Assembly (NCBI GenBank): GCA_036785375.1
Contig: JAWMAR010000471.1
Span: forward strand, 310,001-374,000
Origin: Leucoraja ocellata
Taxonomy: Eukaryota
Reading direction: 5' to 3'
DNA length: 64,000 bases
The translations under genes and the position numbers were made by a program. Positions 51,752 through 64,000 of the stretch are shown piece after piece. How positions within the stretch are numbered: position 1 is the stretch's first letter; every line of letters starts with the position of its first letter. A model generated the notes under the pieces. That model ran no database searches. It saw nothing but the letters and a program-made list of their open reading frames with translations, and was not told the origin of the DNA.

Positions 51752-51790
51752 CACAGTGATGGAAACCAGTGAAACCTTCATACAAAAACA
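51752..51790 (+). other. 23-RSS of V11
   Basis: CACAGTG + 23 + ACAAAAACA. Confidence 0.93.
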
Positions 51791-53566
51791 TCAGCTTCTG
51801 CTTTGCCTGCTGCAGTGAGATACGTCTGCACCGCGCTTGCTGGTTGTGGTTTCCAGCCGCCTGAGAATTCTTCCCAACTCACTCAGTTTCTCTCGAGGGC
51901 GGCTTGCGGTGTCATCGGCGCAGCTGAAACCCACGGACTCCCTTTCTGTGCTCCGTGCTGAGCGCGGCATCTGTTTGAACAGAATCGCCTTGTCTGTAGT
52001 CTGGAAAACACAAGGATTGGGTTTAGATTTATAATGGCCAGAGATATAGTGTTGGACTATGCTTTGCATACTAGCTGGCAGATCAGATAACGATCCATAA
52101 ATACAACCCATTCAAACCGAAGTGCTATAGATAGAGCAAAGGGAAAGATAGAGAGTGCAGAATAAAGTTCTCCACATTGTAGCGCATCAATTCCAGAATT
52201 AAATCCCAATGTCCACAATGGGGTCGATGTGCACCGGCCTGTACTCTACTTTATGGAGTTAAATCCTGTAGTACCCTGCCGAAGATAGACACAAATTGCA
52301 GGTGGGACATAAGGCATATCCGGAGAGAAGATGGGTGACGTTTCGGGTCAAGACCGAGATTCAGGAGAGAGGGAGACTAGAGATATGGAACTGTAAGGTG
52401 TGATAACGAGAGATTAAAACGGACGCAAGTCCAGGAAATGTCTAATATCATTGTTAGCTGTGGTGGAAGGCAACAACTTGGCATTCAAACAGAAACATTA
52501 GTGCGATTATGAATGATAACGAAATTGAAAATGTATCGCTTATTGGCGACGCCGATCAACATCATCTTCTTCATCTGTGTGGCCCCTACATTGGCGACAT
52601 TCGGCTGGATTGAGGAACGCAATGTAGCTCATTGCAGCTGAGAGCAGTACATCGAGTCAGCAGCATCTTGAAGAAGACCCACGAGGTCACGGCGAGAACC
52701 TACAAACTCCGTACAGACAGCACCCATAGACGGGATCGACCCCGTGTCTCCGGCGCTGCAAGTGCTGTAAGGCAGCAACTGTACTGCTGCGCCACCGTGG
52801 CCGCCCGGAATTTAATTTGGTTGGGTTGGAATGGTGGGCAGGAAAAATAATTCACGCGAATACTTTGCGGTTTGGGAGAGCACCGTGAATGTTGGTAAAT
52901 GAACACAACGCATTTTCGCGGAGAATAATAAAGATAGGCACCAAGTCAAGACAGATTTACACACGCTAAACAAACCCTTCAAAATAACAAAATAGCCTTC
53001 TCCTCATTGAATAAACTGTGATCTGATAAATGTTTGATGAAGCGAGGGGTGGATCTCATCATTGAATCTGGAGATGAACAACCAACGGAATAATTTGCAG
53101 CAGTTTGAAGTGTGACATATGGTTGTTAAAGTAGAGGAGCGTCTTGGCGTTCAAATCTTCATCTCAATCTCGGATTCCATGCCTTTCTCCCAGCATCTCC
53201 TCTGTGCCATTTTACAAAGCACTTGCCCACATATCACCCCTACTCGTGCCTTGACCCTTATCTCCTTTCATCCCCTGACACAGCTCGATTGCTACAATAT
53301 TATTATCAATGGCATTAGTTGTATGTATGTTGTAAGATAATTCATTGAATTAATTGAGAAGTTCTTGTCACTATTATTTTGAAGAGCGGGCGCCGGTGTG
53401 GAAACTTTTGGCGACTTGAAGCCTATCTTTAGCATTCCCTTAGATCATTATTGTTACGGATATTCACCCGACGTGTTTCACCCCAAGGTCTGCCTCATTG
53501 ATTACTGTATTCAGATGAAATATACCGTAGGTCCAACAGTAGCAGTGCCCCCCAAGTTCGTCTCTT

Positions 53567-54355
53567 TAGATCTGTTACTAGTCGGAGTATTATGGAAAGA
53601 AGCTTGCAGTGTAGTTACCCGATTGATCAACTAACCGGGATAGACGCCTGTGTACACTGCGATGACTATACATTCCCTCTATATAGCAATGTTACAAAAT
53701 TTTGAGATTTAAAAAATCAAGTCTGTAATTTATCACATCAGATAAAGCATAAAAAGAAGTTTAATTTGACACCTAATTCACTTTCATATCTCAAGTATTT
53801 AAAAAGTTATGGCCATTTTCATACTCGGAAATTAGCATCTTGTTCCCTATTGATTTTCTATGGACATAACAAAAAAGCTGTGATCGTGTGCTGTCAAAAG
53901 GCCATAACCTTCTTAAAAATTAAGAGAACTGAATGAAATTTTCAGTTATCGTAGATTGAACCATTCTGAAACAAATATAAAATAATCTAACTTGGATGAC
54001 CTGAAATTAAAACATATAATTAGTTAGTTACCCAAGTGTAGCAAATTTCAAACTTCAATGACTAATCTAAACATCTATCCATTTCTTAATAAATGATTAA
54101 CATTTTTAAATAGCCCAAGTGTCCAAATAATATTCATAAATAATTCACAATAAAACATGATTTTGAAATCTCATTTACATTAATTTATAGGCCAAATGGA
54201 AGGAATTTAGTGCTCAATTGCTGTAAATAAAAGTCCATTAGATCTGTTATTAGTCGGAGTATTTGGGAAAGAAGCTTGCAGTGTAGTTACCCGATTGACC
54301 AACTAACCGGGATACACGCCTGTGTACACTTCGATGACCATCCATTCCCTCTATA
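53567..54355. repeat. AT-rich insert (53684-54238) between 117-bp direct repeats
   Basis: Paralog of 2188-2977. Confidence 0.8.
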
Positions 54356-54799
54356 ACAATTAAATACAAGGTTATTCTGCGGATCACTTATTTTCGCAGC
54401 AGAGTCCAAGCAGATCAATAACATTTGAACATTTTAAGACACGACAACATTATCCAGAAAGATATCCACTTTAACGAAGCAATTGTATGTAGCAATGTGA
54501 CTTTATTTGAAATATAGGTAATTTTCATCGTGCTTATTTCGCTTCCTGATGCAGGAATTAGGTTCGTGCTAAGCGTTTATTCTGTATATCTGACCCATTC
54601 TACCAGAACAGCCTTCCAGTCCATTCTTGAAAACAAGTCACGTATGACTAGAGATGCTGGAATGTGCAGCAAATCCAAAATTATGTGTTGGGGGATCTCA
54701 GCGGCGTCTGCCAGACATTGTACAAGAAATGGAATGCAAAGCATAGTTCATCACTATATCTCTGACCATCATAAATCTAAACCCAATCCATGTGTTTTC

Positions 54800-55373
54800 C
54801 AGTATGAACTCGGGCCTTGAGTCCTGATGATGCCGGTACCTAAATAAGACGTCGTACGTTGCTGCGGTATCATAAGTGCAGCTGAAAGTCATCGACTCTC
54901 CTTCCACCTTCTGTGCTGACGGCAGCGATTGTGTGACGGTATCTCAATGATTGGGTTCTGAAAAAATATATGGATTAGGTCTAGGTTTGTCATGCGTGCA
55001 CCGAAATACGCGGAAGACCTTTGTATTACATGTCACCCAAACAGATCAACTGATAATATACTTAAATACAATCAAATCAAACGCACGTTCAATAGATAGA
55101 TAAAGGTAAGATGGAGAGTGCAGAATAAAAGGATTAGGTGACCTGAAGAAGGGTCTCGACCCGAAACATTACCTATACCAATTCATTTTCTCCATGGCAT
55201 ATGGATGGCGATTAGATAGTACCCGGCTTTCCATTTACATGTAGGGAAAGATTAGACCGGTTCGCATTCACAATGATGGTCGACATTCAGTCGGAGTAAG
55301 TAGCCGGGTTAACTGCTGCGACTTTACCTATCAGGCATGCTCCCCACACAATGCAAATGGCAAATACGCGCAT
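54800..55373 (-). pseudogene. Truncated family-1 V pseudogene (exon remnant 54957-54800; leader 55373-55328)
   Basis: Shared deletion and TGA; conserved Trp changed to Arg. Confidence 0.88.
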
Positions 55374-56402
55374 TTTTCCTGTGAAAAACCCTCTGTGAAC
55401 TTCCCTCCTCGACCTGGTGCTGTGGTATAAACACCAACACAATGGAACAGCATCCCTCTTCCCATCAGAACAGCCCCCTCCATCAACTCTTTTAAGTCTA
55501 GACTGAAAACGTATTTCTACTCTCAAGACTTTCTTGAGGTCCCCTGAGGGAGCGCTGCATGTGTGTACTTCTGTATGTATTGTTGATCTCTGTACAACTG
55601 TTTGTAGCACGTTTAGTACCTGCACTAATGTAAAGCACTTTGCACAACGAGAGTTGTTATTAAATGTGCTATAGAAATTGACTTTACTTGCCTTGATCAA
55701 TGTAAAATTGTCCCTAGTGTGTGTAGGGTATTGTTGATTGTGTAGGGTATTGTTGATGTGCGGGGATCACTGGTAGGTGTGGACACAGTGGGCCGAAGGG
55801 CCAGTTTCCGCGCTGTATCTCTGAACTATACGAATCAAACTCAGTCCCTTGGGTGCTGGGAACATCATCGCAAGTATTCTCTGCACCCTTCCCTGCTGGA
55901 CAACATCTTTCATATGACAAGTGCGCAAAACTGAACGCAATACTCTAAAGGCGGCCTCGCATCCTAACTTGCATCTATCTCGCATCGAATCCGTTCCTTG
56001 CGGTTCGATGTGGGAATGGAGGTCATTTCTAACTCGGAATTAAATTTAACAGAAAGTACATTTCACCAGGCAATCAACGTAACTTATAAATCCCGCATTG
56101 ATCCGCTCCTCATAGTTCCTTTACATTATGATACGTTAGAATTCCTCACAAAAGCCGAGCCGAGTTTCCCCTGTTACAGCGATGAAGACGTTTCCTTCCC
56201 CCACCCAGTCACTACATGCCTAACCTGAAAGAACGCTGACCGAGTCCCAACTGGGGAGGAAGTTGAGGTAGGCGGAAGTCAGTGTCTTCCCGCCCACCTT
56301 TACCCCAGCGCCACCAGCACCAGCAGGAGAGGCCAGAACATCCGAAAGCCGCACAGCACCAGGTCGAGGAAGGAAGTTCACAAAGAGCCTTTCACAGGGA
56401 AA

Positions 56403-57331
56403 ATGCGCGTACTTGCCATTTGGATTGTGTGGGGAGCATGCCTGATAGGTAAAGTCGCAACAGTTAATCCGGCGACTTGCTCCGCCGAAAGGTCGACCAT
56501 CATTGTGAATGCGAAACCTGTCTAATCTTTCCCTACATGTAATTGGAAAGCCGGGTACTATCTAATCGCCATTCATATGCCATGGAGAAAATGAATTGGT
56601 ATACGTAATGTTTCGGGTCGAGATCGTTCTTTGGGTCACCTATTCCTTTTGCCAAGGGAGGCTGGCAGACCCGCTGAGTTACTCCAGCTTTTCGTGTCTA
56701 ACTTCGGTTTAAGTCAGCATCTGCAGTTCCTTCCTACCTCTGAGCCGCGGCCATGTTCGATTCACCTCGATATGCAAGGGAACTATGCGATGCATATCCA
56801 CCCCAGGGTCGACATTGTCCTTTGTCTCTGGATTCGCTACAATAATAATAACTTTATTCTGCACTCGCCATCTTCGATTTAACTATCTATTACACGTGTG
56901 TTTGATTTGATTGTATTTAAGTATATTATCAGTTGATGTGTTTGGGTGACATGTAATACAAAGGTCTTCCGCCTATTTCGGGGCACGCATGACAAACCTA
57001 AACCTAATCCATATATTTTTTCAGATCCCAATCATGGAGATACCGTCACACAATCGCTGCCGTCAGCACAGAGCGTAGAAGGAGAGTCGGTGACTTTCAT
57101 CTGTACCTATGATACCGCAGAAACGGACTACGTATTATTTTGGTACCGGCATCATCAGGACCCACGGCCCGAGTTCATACTGTATAAACGTTCAAATGGA
57201 TACGAAGAGAAAGCCGGTTTTGCACGCGCTCGCTTCTCTTCCCAGCTCCAGACCGATAGAAAAGTCGTCAGTTTAACCCTATCGGGGCTGGAGCTGAGCG
57301 ACTCTGCAGTTTATTACTGCGCCTTTAGACT
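56403..57331 (+). CDS. TCR alpha/delta-type V segment, family 1 (V12); leader 56403-56448, V exon 57025-57331
   Basis: Intact leader, splice sites and open V exon to YYCAFR. Confidence 0.92.
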
Positions 57332-57370
57332 CACAGTGATGGAAACCAGTGAAACCTTCATACAAAAACA
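57332..57370 (+). other. 23-RSS of V12
   Basis: CACAGTG + 23 + ACAAAAACA. Confidence 0.93.
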
Positions 57371-57484
57371 TCAGCTTCTGCTTTGCCTGCTACAGCGAGA
57401 TACGTCTGCACCGCGCTTGCTGGTTGTGGTTTCCCGCCGCCTGAGAATTCTTCCCAACTCACTCAGTTTCTCTCGAGGGCGGCT

Positions 57485-57793
57485 TGCGGTGTCATCGGCG
57501 CAGCTGAAACCCACCGACTCCCTTTCTGTGCTCCGTGCTGAGGGCGGCATCTGTGTGAACAGAATCGCCATGTCTGGTGTCTGGAAAACACATGGATTGG
57601 TTTTAGATTTATAATGGTTAGAGATATAGTGATGAACTATGCTTTACATACTAGCTGGCAGACCAGATAACGATCCATAAATACAACCCATTCAAATCGA
57701 AGTGCAATAGATAGAGCAAAGGGAAAGATAGAGAGTGCAGGATAAAGTTCCCTACATTGTAGCGCATCAATTCCAGAATCAAATCCCAATGTC
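57485..57793 (-). pseudogene. Inverted 5'-half V relic behind V12 (clearest copy)
   Basis: ..aatccatgtgttttccAG|-TRHG-DSV(+1)TQMPPSARSTERESVGFSCADDTA, preceded by ~210 bp homologous to the V intron. Confidence 0.78.
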
Positions 57794-59145
57794 CACAATG
57801 GGGTCGATGTGCACCGGCCTGCACTCTACTTTATGGAGTTAAATCCTGTAGTCCCCTGCCGAAGATAGGCACAAAATGCAGGTGGGACAGAAGCCATATC
57901 CGTAGAGAAGATGGGTGACGTTTCGGGACAAGACCGAGATTCAGGAGAGAGGGAGACTAGAGATATGGAACCTTAAGGTGTGATAACGAGAGATTAAAAC
58001 GGACGCTGGTCCAGGAAATGTCTAATATCATTGTTAGCTGGGGGGAAGGCAACAACTTGGCATTCAAACAGAAACATTAGTGCGATTATGAATGATAACG
58101 AAATTGAAAATGTATCGCTTATTGGCGACGCCGATCAACATCAACTTCTTCATCTGTGTGGTCCCTACATTGGCGACATTCGGCTGCATTGGGGAACGCA
58201 ATGTAGCTCATTGCAGCTGAGAGCAGTACATCGAGTCAGCAGCATCTTGAAGAAGACCCACGAGGTCACGGCGAGAACCTACAAACTCCATACAGACAGC
58301 ACCCATAGACGGGATCGACCCCGTGTCTCCGGCGCTGCAAGTGCTGTAAGGCAGCAACTCTACTGCTGCGCCACCGTGGCCGCCCGGAATTTAATTTGGT
58401 TGGGTTGGAATGGTGGGCAGGAAAAATAATTCACGCGAATGCTTTGCGGTTTGGGAGAGCACCGTGAATGTTGGTAAATGAACACAACGCATTTTCGCGG
58501 AGAATAATAAAGATAGGCACCAAGTCAAGAAAGATTTACACACGCTAAACAAACCCTTCAAAATAACAAAATAGCCTTCTCCTCATTGAATAAACTGTGA
58601 TCTGATAAATGTTTGATGAAGCGAGTGGTGGATCTCATCATTGAATCTGGAGATGAACAACCAACAGAATAATTTGCAGCAGTTTGAAGTGTGACATATG
58701 GTTGTTAAAGTAAAGGAGCGTCTTGGCGTTCAAATCTTCATCTCAATCTCGGATTCCATGCCTTTCTCCCAGCATCTCCTCTGTGCCATTTTACAAAGCA
58801 CTTGCCCACATATCACCCCTACTCGTGCCTTGACCCTTATCTCCTTTCACCCCCTGACACAGCTCGATTGCTACAATATTATTATCAATGGCATTAGTTG
58901 TATGTATGTTGTAAGATAATTCATTGAATTAATTGAGAAGTTCTTGTCACTATTATTTTGAAGAGCGAGCGCCGTTGTGGAAACCTTTGGCGACTTGAAG
59001 CCTATCTTTAGCATTCCCTTAGATCATTATTGTTACGGATATTCACCCGACGTGTTTCACCCCAAGGTCTGCCTCATTGATTACTGTATTCAGATGAAAT
59101 ATACCGTAGGTCCAACAGTAGCAGTGCCCCCCAAGTTCGTCTCTT

Positions 59146-59934
59146 TAGATCTGTTACTAGTCGGAGTATTATGGAAAGAAGCTTGCAGTGTAGTTACCCG
59201 ATTGATCAACTAACCGGGATACACGCCTGTGTACACTGCGATGACGATCCATTCCCTCTATATAGCAATGTTACAAAATCTTGAGATTAAAAAAATCAAG
59301 TCTGTAATTTATCCCATCAGATAAAGCATAAAAATAAGTTTAATTTGACACCTAATTCACTTTCATATCTCAAGTACTAATAAAGTTATCGCAATTTTCA
59401 TACTCGGAAATTAGCATCTTGTTCCCTATTGATTTTCTATGGACATAACAAAAAAGCTGTGATCGTGAGCTGTCAAAAGGCCATAACCTTCTTAAAAATT
59501 AAGAGAACTGAATGAAATTTTCAGTAATCGTAGATTGAACCATTCTGAAACAAATATAACATAATCTAACTTGGATGACCTGAAATTAAAACATATAATT
59601 AGTTAGTTACCCAAGTGTAGCAAATTTCAAACTTCAATTACTAATCTAAACATCTATCCATTTCTTAATAAATGATTAACATTTTTAAATAGCCCAAGTG
59701 TCCAAATAATATTCATAAATAATTCACAATAAAACATGATTTTGAAATCTCATTTACATTAATTTATAGGCCAAATGGAAGGAATTTAGTGTTCAATTGC
59801 TGTAAATTAAAGTCCATTAGATCTGTGATTAGTCGGAGTATTTGGGAAAGAAGCTTGCAGTGTAGTTACCCTATTGACCAACTAACCGGGATACACGCCT
59901 GTGTACACTTCGATGACCATCCATTCCCTCTATA
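59146..59934. repeat. AT-rich insert (59263-59817) between 117-bp direct repeats
   Basis: Paralog of 2188-2977. Confidence 0.8.
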
Positions 59935-60378
59935 ACAATTAAATACAAGGTTATTCTGCGGATCACTTATTTTCGCAGCTGAGTCCAAGCAGATCAATAA
60001 CATTTGAACATTTTAAGACACGACAACATTATCCAGAAAGATATCCACTTTAACGAAGCAATTGTATGTAGCAATGTGACTTTATTTGAAATATAGATAA
60101 TTTTCATCGTGCTTATTTCGCTTCCTGATGCAGGAATTAGGTTCGTGCTAAGCGTTTATTCTGTATATCTGACCCATTCTACCAGAACAGCCTTCCAGTC
60201 CATTCTTGAAAACAAGTCACGTATGACTAGAGATGCTGGAATGTGCAGCAAATCTAAAATTATGTGTTGGAGGATCTCAGCGGCGTCTGCCAGACAACGT
60301 ACAAGATATGGAATGCAAAGCATAGTTCATCACTATATCTCTGACCATTATAAATCTAAACCCAATCCATGTGTTTTC

Positions 60379-60952
60379 CAGTATGAACTCGGGCCTTGAG
60401 TCCTGATGATGCCGGTACCTAACTAAGACGTCGTACGTTGCTGCGGTATCATAAGTGCAGCTGAAAGTCATCGACTCTCCTTCCACCTTCTGTGCTGACG
60501 GCAGCGATTGTGTGACGGTATCTCAATGATTGGGTTCTGAAAAAATATATGAATTAGGTCTAGGTTTGTCATGCGTGCACCGAAATACGCGGAAGACCTT
60601 TGTATTACATGTCACCCAAACAGATCAACTGATAATATACTTAAATACAATCAAATCAAACGCACGTTCAATAGATAGATAAAGGGAAGATAGAGAGTGC
60701 AGAATAAAAGGATTAGGTGACCTGAAGAAGGGTCTCGACCCGAAACATTACCTATACCAATTCATTTTCTCCATGGCATATGGATGGCGATTAGATAGTA
60801 CCCGGCTTTCCATTTAAATGTAGGGAAAGATTAGACCGGTTCGCATTCACAATGATGGTCGACATTCAGTCGGAGTAAGTAGCCGGGTTAACTGCTGCGA
60901 CTTTACCTATCAGGCATGCTCCCCACACAATGCAAATGGGAAATACGCGCAT
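60379..60952 (-). pseudogene. Truncated family-1 V pseudogene (exon remnant 60536-60379; leader 60952-60907)
   Basis: Shared deletion and TGA; Trp changed to Arg. Confidence 0.88.
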
Positions 60953-63113
60953 TTTCCCTGTGAAAAACCCTTTGTGAACATCATTCCTCGACCTGGTGCT
61001 GTGCGGCTTTCGGATGTTCTCGCCTCAACTTGTGGTGCTGGTGGCGCTGTGGTAACGGTGGGCGGGAAGTGAGTGACTTCCGCCTACCTCAACTTCCTCC
61101 CCAGTTGGGACTCGGTCAGCGTTCTTTCAGTTTAGGCATGTAGTGACTGGGTTAGGGGAGGAATCGTCTTCAACGCTGTAACAGGGGAAACTCGCATCTG
61201 CTTTTGTGAGGAACTCTAAGGTATCATAATGTAAAGCAACTATGAGGAGCGGGTCAATGCGGAAATTATCGGTCACGTTGATGGCCTGGCGAAATGTACT
61301 TTCTGTTTAAATTTATCTCCGAGTTAGAAATTATCCCCATTCCCACATCGAACCGCAAGGAACGGATTCAATGCGAGATAGATGCAAGTTAGGATGCGAG
61401 GCCACCTTTAGAGTATTGCGTTCCGTTTTGGGCACTTATCATATGAAACATGTCGTCAGGCAGGAAAGGGAGCAGAGAATGCTTGGGATGATGTTGCCAG
61501 CACCCAAAGGACTGAGTTTTGTTTGATGTAGTTCAGAGATAGAGGCCGGAAACGGGTCCTTCGACCCACCGAGTCCGCACCTACCATTGATCCCCGTACA
61601 TCAACAATACCCTACACACACTAGGGACAATTGTACATTGATAACAAGCCAATTAACCTACAAACATGGACGCCTTTGTAGTGTGAGCGGAAACACAAGA
61701 TCTCGGAGAAATCCCACGCTAGGCGCGGGGAGGGCGTACAAACTGTGTACAGACAATGGTTCATATTAATGCCCCACCACACACACAGACACACACACAC
61801 ACACACCTTCAACCTGTATCCTCTGGTTCTCTATTCCCCTATACGGTGTAAGTGACTGTGCGTTTACCCGATCTACTCCTCTCATGATTTTGGACACCCT
61901 TCACCCCCCCTGCGCATCGTGGAATAGTCCAAGCCACCTCATCCTCACCATGTAGCACAGTGGCACGGCGGCACGGTGACGCAACGGTGTAGCTACTTCC
62001 TTACTGCGCCAGAGACACGGGTATCCTGACTACGGGTACTTGTATGTACAGTTTGTAGGCTCTCGCCGTGACTTGCGAGTGCTTTCTCCGAGATCTTGGG
62101 GTTTCGCCCACAATCCAAAGACGTACATGTTTGTAGGTTAAGTGGTTTGTTATAAACACCAACACAATGGAACAGCATCCCTCTACCCATCAGAACAGCC
62201 CCCTCCATCAACTCTTTTAAGTCTAGACTGAAAACTTATTTCTACTCTCAAGACTTTCTTGAGGTCCCCTGAGGGAGCGCACCATGTGTGTAGCTCTGTA
62301 TGTATTGTTGATCTATGTACAACTATGTGTACCACGTTTAGTACCTGCACTAATGTAAAGCACTTTGCACAACGAGAGTTGTTATTAAATGTGCTATGGA
62401 AATAAAATTGACTTGACTTGACTTGATCAATGTAGAATTGTCCCTAGTGTGTGTAGCGTATATTTGATGTGCGGGGATCACTGATAGGTGCGGCCACGGT
62501 GGGCCGAAGGGCCAGTTCCCGCGCTGTATCTCTGAACTACACGAATCAAACTCAGTCCCTTGGGTGCTGGCAACATCATCGCAAGTTTTCTCTACACCCT
62601 TCCCGCTGGACAACATCTTTCATATGACAAGTGCCCAAAACGGAACGCAATACTCTAAAGGTGGCCTCGCATCCTAACTTGCATCTATCTCGCATCGAAT
62701 CCGTTCCTTGTGGTTCGATGTGGGAATGTGGGTCATTTCTAACTCGGAACTAAATTTAAACAGAAAGTACATTTCGCCAGGCCATCCACGTAACCTATAA
62801 ATCCCGCATTGACCCGCTCCTCATAGTTCCTTTACATTATGATACCTTAGAGTTCCTCACAAAACCCGAGCCGAGTTTCCCCTGTTACAGCGATGAAGAC
62901 GTTTCCATCCGCCACCCAGTCACTACATGCCTAACCTGAAAGAACGCTGACCGAGTCCCAACTGGGGAGGAAGTTGAGGTAGGCGGAAGTCTGCCGCTTC
63001 CCGCCCACCGTTACCCCAGCGCCACCAGCACCAACAGGAGAGGCGAGAACATCCGAAAGCCGCACAGCACCAGGTCGAGGAGAGAATTTCACAAAGGGTT
63101 TTTCACAGGGAAA

Positions 63114-64000
63114 ATGCGCGTACTTGCCATTTGGATTGTGTGGGGAGCATGCCTGATAGGTAAAGTCGCAATAGTTAATCCGGCTACTTACTCCGATGAA
63201 AGGTCGACCATCATTGTGAATGCGAACTGGTCTAATATTTCCCTAAATGTAAATGGAAAGCCGGGTACTATCTAACCGGCATCCATATGCCATGGAGAAA
63301 ATGAATTGGTATAGGTAATGTTTCGTGTCGAGACCCCTCTTCAGGTCACCAATTCCTTTTGCCAAGAGAGGCTGGCAGACCCGCTGTGTTACTCCAGCTT
63401 TTTGTGTCTAACTTCGGTTTACGTCAGCATCTGCAGTTCCTTCCTACCTCTCAGCCGCGGCCATGTTCGATTCACCTCGATATGCAAGGGAACTATGTGA
63501 TGCATATCCACCCCAGTGTCGACATTGGCCTTTGTCTCTGGAACTGATTCGCTACAAGATTAATTATTTTATTCTGCACTAGCTATCTTCCATTTAACTA
63601 TCTATTGCACGTGCGTTTGATCCGGTTGTATTTAAGTATATTGTCAGTTGATGTGTTTGGGTGACATACAATACAAAGGTCCTCCGCGTATTTCGGTGCA
63701 CGCATGAGAAACCTAAACCTAATCCATATATTTTTCAGATCCCAATCATGGAGATACCGTCACACAATCGCTGCCGTCAGCACAGAAGGTGGAAGGAGAG
63801 TCGATAACTTTCAGCTGCACCTATGACACCACAGCAACGAGCTACGAGTTATTTTGGTACCGGCATCATCAGGATTCAAGTCCCGAGTTCATATTGAAGA
63901 AATATTCAAGTGGAGGCGAGAGGAAAGCCGATTTTGCAGGCGATCGCTTCGCTGCCCAGCTCCAGACCGATAGAAAATTAGTCAGTTTAACCCTATCGGG
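63114..64000 (+). CDS. TCR alpha/delta-type V segment, family 1 (V13), cut by the window end; leader 63114-63159, V exon from 63739
   Basis: Open frame DPNHGDTVTQ..CTYDTTATSYELFWYRH..KKYSSGGERK to the window end. Confidence 0.88.

Noticed and set aside
86-64000. NAR-TCR, supporting V-delta or IgH-like V segments known from cartilaginous-fish TCR-delta loci
   Set aside because: The V exons have their own leaders, no extra CDR1 cysteine and no IgH-type WVRQ..GLEW framework; no adjacent D/J segments were seen.
1-64000. CRISPR array, prokaryotic operon, or tRNA/rRNA genes
   Set aside because: Eukaryotic intron-containing locus; the repeats are kb-scale duplications, and the tRNA-like boxes belong to SINE heads.

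Overview
Vertebrate genomic DNA, most likely a cartilaginous fish such as a skate or ray (inferred from the SINE/CR1/Penelope repeat types and the V-domain style, not from a database search). The window lies inside the variable-segment array of a T-cell receptor alpha/delta (TRA/TRD)-type locus. It holds 13 full-type V segments. Eleven have complete open V exons, one has 7 bp missing at homopolymer/dinucleotide runs (possibly assembly error), and one is cut by the window end. Each has a 46-nt leader exon (V1's lies outside the window), a phase-1 intron, a 304-307-nt V exon and a 3' RSS (V13's lies outside the window). They fall into two families: family 1 (11 copies, 23-bp spacer) and family 2 (2 copies, 22-bp spacer). 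There are also 5 copies of one internally deleted V pseudogene, 5 orphan leader exons, and an inverted 5'-half V relic directly behind every family-1 RSS. No D, J or C segments were seen. The array is built from ~5.6-6.7 kb head-to-head units (pseudo-V on minus, V on plus), with a ~16.2 kb higher-order tandem duplication and a 200-N gap. A young, apparently full-length L2 LINE (5180-10201) is interrupted by a young CR1 fragment. Other repeats are a second CR1 fragment, tRNA-derived SINEs, Penelope-type repeats with hammerhead-like cores, and an AT-rich insert between 117-bp direct repeats. I found no clearly new protein-coding system. The most unusual signals are the locus architecture, the CDR-focused diversification and the L2 N-terminal motifs.
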